64,000 nucleotides of DNA from Gracilinanus agilis. Taxonomy: Eukaryota. The DNA lies in the NCBI RefSeq assembly GCF_016433145.1, contig NC_058130.1, forward strand, positions 499,839,078-499,903,077, in the 5' to 3' direction. How positions within the stretch are numbered: the first letter of the stretch is position 1; each line of letters begins with the position of its first letter. Of the stretch, positions 56,201 through 64,000 are shown one piece after another. The notes beneath the pieces are model-generated. The model was not told where the DNA came from and did no database searches. It was given only the letters and a program-made list of their open reading frames with translations. The translations under genes were made by a program, and so were the position numbers.

Positions 56201-58904
56201 GAAATATTTAGAGCCCCTTCTTTCAAGGAGCTTCCATTTTAAAAGAAGGAGATAACATATATAAGAAAATGGTGACTAGGAAAGGACGAAGTCATGGTGA
56301 ATGGAACAAAAGGGCAATAAATTATTTCAAGATCCTTTCCAGAAGCAATGATAGTCTTGATTTTATTCCTTTTTAACAAAGTAAGAAAACAAAAAGTCCA
56401 AGTGTAATATGGGGGAAGAGTGGGTGTTACTAGGGAGGGGAAGAAGTGTTCATACAGTGATATATAAAGAAGATGATATAGTCAAGTGGTTGAAGCCAGC
56501 TAGATGTTGTGAGCTCTCAACATTGAGGTTATGTTGTTTATCGATATCATAGCAGGAAGAGGAGGTTGAGTTCAGAGAGAATAAAAATTGGAGTGTGTAG
56601 TCCGGGGCAGCATGACTATATGAATGGGAAACTGCTGTCCAAATTGTACTATCAGTAGCTCAATGCTTACAAATTCAAAGTGCCTTTTACCAATTGTATA
56701 TGGGAGCTTAGATGAACCTTACAAATATAACAAGAGTTTGGCTCATGCCCAGACCACTAACATGGAAGCATTCACATGGATTATGCCAAGGACCTGTTTC
56801 TATGAGATTAGAGTCCTGGCTCAGGCATAGACATTCTGTTTTGAGAACCACATAGATATGAGAATACTCTTACCGTTAGTGGAGGAGCCTGAACTGCCTG
56901 AATCTTTACATCTCCCTGACCAAGGCATACTTACTCTCTTTTTCCAATAGAGACTCAGATTAAAGCAATATGCAGAAAACAGGGAGGGTCCAGGGGTCAG
57001 TTTCTTTTCTCTCACACCAGGAGAGTCCCACAAAATTGATTGGGTTGGGTCAGTATTGATTGCTCTTTTCAGACATAGATGCTGGGACTAGAGTCTCTGA
57101 CTAAGAAACTTAAGCTATGGGGATGATGAAACTCAGGATTCTAAACTAAATGTTGCAACTAGCTCAGCTGAGAAGACCTAAGAAACCAAAGTCATGGGAT
57201 GTAACCTGGGAAAGGAAGGGATTTTAGGTTTGGGACTTGATCTAATAAATGCTACATAAGAATTGAGTTAAGCTATATGCTTAGTTCCCCTCTCCTTTCC
57301 AGACACTGAGATGGGGCAATGCTCACAGCACTAGTGGTTAGTGTTTGTATGTTAGTCAATTAACAAGCATTTAATATGTGCCTCTGTACTGAGGATACAA
57401 AGAAAGGCAAAAGAAAGTTCCTATTCAAAGGAACCATATGTATAAAAATGTTTATACCAGCTCTTTTTTTTTGGTGGCAGAGAATTAGAAATGTAGATGT
57501 CCATCAATTGGGAAATGACTAATGAACTAGTGAGTAGCAGTATCACTTTCAGTCACAAGGGCTTAGGGGCTGTGAGGAACAATAACTATTATGATTCCAA
57601 GGGCATTTGGGACTCCTACTGGGTAATAAGGGCCAGAGTGCAAACCAGAAGACCAGTTACCACATTTCTCCCTAGATCACAGCACCTTAGAAGAAAGGAA
57701 ATTTTTCGAACCACCAGATCTAGTTCTAAAAACAGCAGTGTGAAAAAAGCATAAAACTCAAAATACTTTTAGCACTACTCTTATCAGGAACAGAGCCAAA
57801 CATTAACATAAATTTCAAAATCATGAAATAGAGTGGGAAAATGAGGACAGATACACACACACACACACAAACAAAACTTGGCCATAAAAATCTAATATGA
57901 TAAGAGGGAAGGTCAAGACACATATTCAGAAGAAGACAATGAAATCAAGGCAGCTACAAGAATATTCCCAAAAGAAAAAATATTGTTAAATCAAAGAAGA
58001 GTAGTAGAGAAAAAATAAGGTAAAAAATGAGATCAGAATGCAAAGAAAATTATGAAAAGAAAATTAACACCTTGTAAAAAGAGGCACAAAAATTGCTAGA
58101 GAAAGTAACACATTAAAAAATAGAATTTTTCAATAGATAAAAAAGTACAAAAATTCAGTGATGAGAATAATTCTTGAAAAAGTACAATTGGCTAAATAGA
58201 AAGAGAGATACAAATGTTTCCTGAAGAAAAAAATTTTTTTAAAACAGCAGAATTGGGCAATTGGAAGCTAATGACTCCATGAGACATTAAGAAATAATAA
58301 AGCAAATTTAAAAGAAAGAAAAAATAAAAGGAAATGTGAATTGTCTCAATGAAAAAACAACTGAAATGGGAAATAAATTGAACAGTGATTATCTAAGAAT
58401 TATTGAAATGACTTGGAATACAATATTACAGATGATAAAACAGTTTAGAATTACAACCAAGAATAACAAACAAAATTGAATATTGTCCTTCAAAAGAAAA
58501 AAATGAGTATTTAATAAAAAAGAAGACTTTCAAACATTACTAATGAAAAGACAGAAATGAATAGGAAATTTGACTTTCAAATACAGGAATAAAGACTTCT
58601 CTACAGTCTTACCTTCATATTACATATTTACCTTTACCTTCATGTAAAGGTAAACATGTAAGAGGAGAAATAAGAGACTCAATAAATTTAAATAATTTAT
58701 AGTTCTTTATTGAAAGATGATACATATAACCTCTAAGATCTTTTTTATTATTAGGGCAGTTAAAAGGATTCTTCATAGAAAGACAACGCAAGAATAGTTC
58801 AATTTCCTTGAGATGACAAAAAATGGATAGGTGAGAAAGGCAGATACTATAAAAGAAAGGGGAAAGGAGGAGGATGGTGGAATTATCTCATATAAAAGAG
58901 GCAC

Positions 58905-59282
58905 TGTGTTATTTGGAATTTGGGGGGTTCCATTGAGATGTATTTGAGGTTCATTTGAGCCTTGGAATACTTAGATGTGTGACAGACTTCCTATGGACAT
59001 TTGGGGGACTTTGAAACTACATTTTCCATGATTCAATGGGTTTCGGATTTCTGACTTGATGCAGTGTACCAAGGTGGAGTGTGGCTTAAATTGGGAGGTC
59101 GGGCTTGGGATTGGCTCTCTTCAGTACATAGGAGAAGGTAGGGAAGGTAAATGGCTGATGGAGGCATTTTTGAAATAGATCTTAGCCAGGCACATGGTCA
59201 TTTCTTTATTTTACCAAGATAACCCTAATTAAAATATTACTTCTCCTTTTACTCTCAGTCTCTATTATTTTTCATTATTACA
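58905..59282 (+). mobile_element. Solo endogenous retroviral LTR (378 bp), class I/ERV1-like
   Basis: TG..CA termini; 4-bp TSD gcac at 58901-58904 and 59283-59286; ATTAAA at 59228-59233; GC-richer than flanks; host L1 resumes in register. Confidence 0.85.
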
Positions 59283-60192
59283 GCACCCAAGGAAAAAAAT
59301 TTTATACTAAAAAGAAAAATTTGTGTGGTAGGGGAGGCAACCCTTGAACCTCTCTCAAATCTAAATTGATTCAGAAAAAAGAAAATCTATATACAGACTT
59401 AACTAGTAACAGACATTTATCTCATCCAAAAGGGAAACATCAGAGAGGAATAAGAGATAGGGATTAAAAGGCAGTGATTAAGAGCAAAATAGGCTTTAGA
59501 TGAGGGATAGACTAAAAAAAGAGAAAGAAGGGAAAAAGAAGAAAATAGGATGGGGGGAAATTCACAGTTAGTAATCACAGTTATGAATGTGAATGGAATC
59601 AATCAATCCATAAACCAAAAATGGATAGCAGGATGGATTTAAAAAATAGAATTCAAGAGCATGTTCTTTACAAAAAAAAAAGCAAAAAAAAATTTTGAAA
59701 AAATAAGAGACACACAAAGAGTTAAAATAAAGGACTATAGCAGTACCTATTATGCTTTATCTGATGTAAAAAGGCAGGGATAACAATCATGATCTCAGAC
59801 AAAGCAAAACTAAAATAGAACTAATTAAAAGGGAGAAGCAAAGTAATTACATCTTACTAAAAAGCACTATAGATAATAAAGCTATATCAATACTAAACAT
59901 AGGTACACCAAAAAACATAGCATCCAAATTCTTAAAGAAAAGGTTAAATGAATTACAGAAGGGAAAGGATAGTAAAATCATACTAGGGGGAACTTCAACT
60001 TTTCCCGCTCAGAGTTATATTAAATAAAACCACAAAATAAATAAAAAAGACAAGAGGATGAATAGAATCTTAGAAAATTTATATATGATAGACCTCTGGA
60101 GAAAACTGAATGTGAATAAAAAAGAGTAAAGATTTTTTTCTCAGCTGTAAATGGAACCTTTACAATAATTAGCTAGGTATAAAGGCATACAA

Positions 60193-60287
60193 CCAGAGTA
60201 GGAAATGGCAAACCACTCCAGTATCCTTGCCAAGAAAATCCCAAATGGGATCACAAAGTTGGATATCAACAAAATGAATGAAAAACA
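60193..60287 (+). mobile_element. RTE/Mar1 3' tail (Bov-A-like) inserted in L1 ORF2
   Basis: ggaaatggcaaaccactccagtatccttgccaagaaaatcccaaatggg; degenerate ggcata(c/a)aa duplication. Confidence 0.8.
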
Positions 60288-61704
60288 AAGGGGCATAAAA
60301 ACTTCACAACCAAATGTAGAAAAGCAGAATTGCTCAGTGTATCCTTTTCAGACTACAATGGAGTAGAAATTACATTCAATAATGATCTGTGGAAACATAG
60401 ATTAAAAATTAATTGGAAACGAAATAATCCAAAGAAAGCAACAATGTTATAATACCAAAATTTGTGGAATGCAAACAAAGCAGTACTTGGGGACAAATTT
60501 ATATCACTAAATGCAGGCATCAATAAAAGAAAGAGCAATTCAGTGAAATGGGAATAAAAGTTTTTAAAAACCCAGAAAAATAACAAATTTAAAATCCCTA
60601 TTTAAACAACAATCTTAAAAATCAAAGAAGAAATTAATAAAATCAAAAGTTTAAAAAGAACTATTGAACTAATAAATAAAACTAAGAGCAAATTAAAATC
60701 TTAAGGCAATAAAAGAAACCAACTTTTGGTAAATTTAATTTTTTTCAATGCCAGTTATCAAATATGAAAAGGATAATGAAGTTGAAATTAAAGCAATTAA
60801 TGTGAGATATTTTGCCCAATAGTATACGAGTAAAATGACAATATAAGTGAAATTGATAATTACCAAAAATAAACTGCTCAAATTAACAGAAGAGAAAATA
60901 GAGTACTTAAATAACTCTGTCTTAGAAAAGGAAATTTTTAAAGCCATAAATGAGCTCCAAAAGAAAAAATCCCTAAAGTAGGAAGGATTTATGAGTAAAT
61001 TCTACCAAATATTTAAGGAACAATTAATCCCAATACTATTTAAACTATTTTAAAAAATGTTAAAAGCGATTGCTACCAAATTGATTTTATGAAACAAATA
61101 TGGTTTTGATACCTAAACCAGGGAAATAAAAAACAGAAAATAAAAACAAAAACAAGATTCATTAATTAATATTAATATACAGATTTTAAATAAAAGACTA
61201 AAAAGGACTTTATAGCAATATATCACAAAGATCATACACTAAGTAGGATTTATTCTGGGAATGTAGAGATAGCTCCAAATTTGGATAACTATCTGCATAA
61301 CATACAATATTAATAACAATAGCAACAAAAACTATATTATGATTATATCAACAGATGCAGAAAAAGGCGTTTGACAAAATGGCATACTAATTAATAGTAA
61401 AAATACTAGAAAGCATAGGAATCAATGGGTCTATCTAAAAATAATAAGAAGTATATATCTAAAACCAAGAGAAAGCATTCAGTTTAATGGAGATAAACAT
61501 TAAGCCTACCAATAAGATCATGGATGAAGCAAGGATTACCATTATCACCCTATTATTCAGTATGGTGTTATAAATGTTATCTATAGCAATAAACAAGAAA
61601 AAGAAATGAAATGAATAAAAATAGGAAATAAAGAAACAATATTAATCTTTGCAGTTGGCATACATAAAGAAACTTAAAGAATCAACTAAAAATTAATTGA
61701 AATA

Positions 61705-63118
61705 ACTTTGAGATCAAGAATATCAAGGGAAATAATGAAAAAAATATGTTAAGTTTTGGGGACAAGAATTCACTATTTGATGAAAACTGCTGGGAAAATT
61801 GGAAAACAGAATGGGAAAAATTAGGTTTAGATAAACATCTTACAACCTATACCAAGATAAATTCAAAATAGGCAGAGAACTTAAATATAAAGAGTGAAAT
61901 CATAAATAAATTAGGTGAACATAGAATAGTATATCTCTCAGATCTGAGGAAAGGAAGGAATTTAAGACCAAGCAAGAGATAGAAAACACTACAAAATGTA
62001 AAATGAATGAATGAAAAGGGGCTGTACAAACAAAACTAAAACAACCAAAGTTAGAAGTAAAGCAACAAACTAAGGGGGGGAATTTTATAACAAAACTCTC
62101 TGACAAAGGTTTAATTTCCCAAATATATAAGGAACTAAATCAAACTTACAAAAAATCAAGCCATTCCGTAATCAACAAATGGTCAAAGAACATGAATAAG
62201 CAGTTTTCGCATGACAAAATAAAAATTATCAATAATCCTATGAAAATATGTTCTAAATCCCTCCTAATTAAAGAAATGCAAATGAAAACAATGGTGAGGT
62301 ACCACCTCATACCTAACAGATTGACCAATTTGGTAGCAAGTTAAAGTGATAAATTTTGGAGGGGATGTGGCAAAATTGGGACACTAATACACTGCCGATG
62401 GAGTTGTGAATTAGTCCAACCATTCTGGAAAGCAATTTTGAATTATACCTAAATGACTTTAAAAGAATGCCTGCCTTTTAATCCAGCCATACCACTGGTA
62501 GATTTGTACCCCAAAGTGATAATAAGGAAAAATACTTGTGCAAAAATATTTATAGCAGTACTCTTTTTGGTGGCAAAAATTGGAAAATGAAGGGGTGTCA
62601 ATCAATTGGGGATTAGCTGAACAAATTGTGGTATCTGATAGGGATACTTTGCTAAAAGAAATGATAAATTGGAGGATTTCTATGTGAACTGGAATGACCT
62701 CCAGGAACTGATGGAGAGTGAAAGGAGCAGAGCTAGGAGGACATGTGTACACAGAGATCGATATACTGTGGCACAATGGAATGGAATGGACTTCTCTACT
62801 AGCAGCAATGCAAGGATCCAGGACAATCCTGAGGAACTTATAAGAAAGAACACTATCCACATCCAGAGAAAGAACGTTGGGAGCAGAAATGCAGAAGAAA
62901 ATCACTTGATAGATCACGTGGTTCAATGGGGATACAACTGAGGTTTTGCCATTAAAAGATCACTCCATTACAAATATGAATAACATTGAAATAGATTTGA
63001 ACAACAATAAATGAATAACCCAGTGGAATTGCTTGTCAGCTCCAGGAGTGGGAATCAAGTGGGGTGGGGAAAATCATGAGTCAAGTAACTGTGGGAAAAT
63101 ATTTTAAATAAAATTTTT
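61705..63118 (+). mobile_element. Younger 5'-truncated opossum L1 nested in the old L1
   Basis: Better-preserved ORF2 C-terminus and 3' UTR ending gggaaaatattttaaataaaa; older L1 sequence resumes at about 63119. Confidence 0.85.
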
Positions 63119-63341
63119 AAATGGCTGTGAAAACTAGATAACACTTTGGAAGAAATTAGGCATAGGCCTTCATTTCATACTAAATATTAAAGTAAGGTTA
63201 AAATGGATTTAGCCATAAAGGTTGGCACCCTAAGCAGATTAGGGGATCATAGAAAATGTACACGTCAAGGTAAGGGAAGAATTTGTGACCAAACAAGAGA
63301 TTGAGAGGATAACAGAAAGTAGAAGAGATCATTTTCATTTT

Positions 63342-63455
63342 GTTGTTGTCGTTGTTGAGTCTTTTCAGTCATTTCTGACTTTTTGTGACCCTATTTGAGG
63401 TTTCCTTGTAAAGATACTAGGAAGTTTTGCCATTTCCTTTTCCAACTCATTTTGA
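63342..63455 (-). mobile_element. Mar1/RTE 3' tail inserted in the old L1
   Basis: gttgttgtcgttgttgagtc..tttgccatttccttttccaactcatttt. Confidence 0.8.
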
Positions 63456-64000
63456 TTATATAAAATTAAAAGGCTTTTGCACAAACAAAATAAACAGAAT
63501 CAAAATTAGAAAGGAAAGAGAATACCAGGAAAATATATTATAGCAAGTTTTTTTCTGATAGAGTTCTCATCTCCCAAATATATATGTACATAATTGTGTC
63601 AGTGATACAAAAAATGAGTCATTCTCCAAATGACAAATGGTCAAATGAAATTAATATAGTCAATTTTCAAAAGAAGAAATCAAAGCTATCAAGTCACATA
63701 AAATAATCAAAACAATCTGAGGTATCACTTCTTACCTATGAGACTGACTAATAAGACAGAAAGGCAAAATAACAAATACTGAAAGGAATGTGTACAAATT
63801 TTGGCACCACTGCATTAATAGTGGAGTTGTGAACTAGTCAAATAATTCCGGGGAACAATTCAGAACTACTCCAAAAGGGCTATAAAACTGCATATATTTT
63901 GACCCAGCAATACCATTACTATGTATCCCAAATATCGAAGACAAAAGAAATAGACCTATTTGAACAAAAATAGCAGATCTTTTTGTAGTGACAAAGAATT

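Larger units (their letters stand above)
57500..64000 (+). mobile_element. Old, originally near full-length marsupial L1 (5' region, ORF1 about 57840-58600, spacer, ORF2 EN-RT-C) hosting nested insertions; continues right of the window
   Basis: ORF1-like gaagacaatgaaatcaaggcagctaca; EN tgaatgtgaatggaat; RT agatgcagaaaaaggcgtttgacaaaat; C-terminal ctgaggtatcacttc. All frames are broken. Confidence 0.88.

Noticed and set aside
50582-64000. Search for PREX2 exon 6 (ELLKRTP..HIEGWE)
   Set aside because: Not found on the minus strand; intron 6 exceeds 13.4 kb and continues beyond the window.

Overview
AT-rich, CpG-poor eukaryotic DNA from a marsupial, most likely an opossum (didelphid). This is inferred from opossum-type SINE1, L1, Mar1, RTE and hAT repeats. 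The window holds 11 consecutive coding exons of PREX2 (PIP3-dependent Rac exchanger 2) on the minus strand. By my recollection of the human gene these are exons 7-17, about residues 236-626 (PH, DEP1, DEP2 and the start of PDZ1). All ten introns are GT-AG. The exons join into an open frame of 1173 nt (391 codons) that starts and ends in phase 0. Exon 6 and exon 18 lie outside the window. The rest is intronic and dominated by decayed transposable elements: L1, L2, CR1/L3, two RTE lineages, MIR/Mar1/SINE1, two or three hAT MITEs and a solo ERV LTR, plus microsatellites. I found no solid evidence for a new biological system. The best leads are (1) an inverted L1 pair bracketing exons 7-17, whose circle would be an endless in-frame ORF, (2) an OC1-like hAT MITE and a BovB-like RTE, both from families known for horizontal transfer, (3) a NAGNAG acceptor in the PH basic loop, (4) candidate poison or pseudo-exons, and (5) a fold-back insertion scar and an L1-into-L1 insertion with target deletion. 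Exon and TSD coordinates are exact. Most repeat boundaries are approximate, and repeat family names come from remembered consensus sequences, not from a search.
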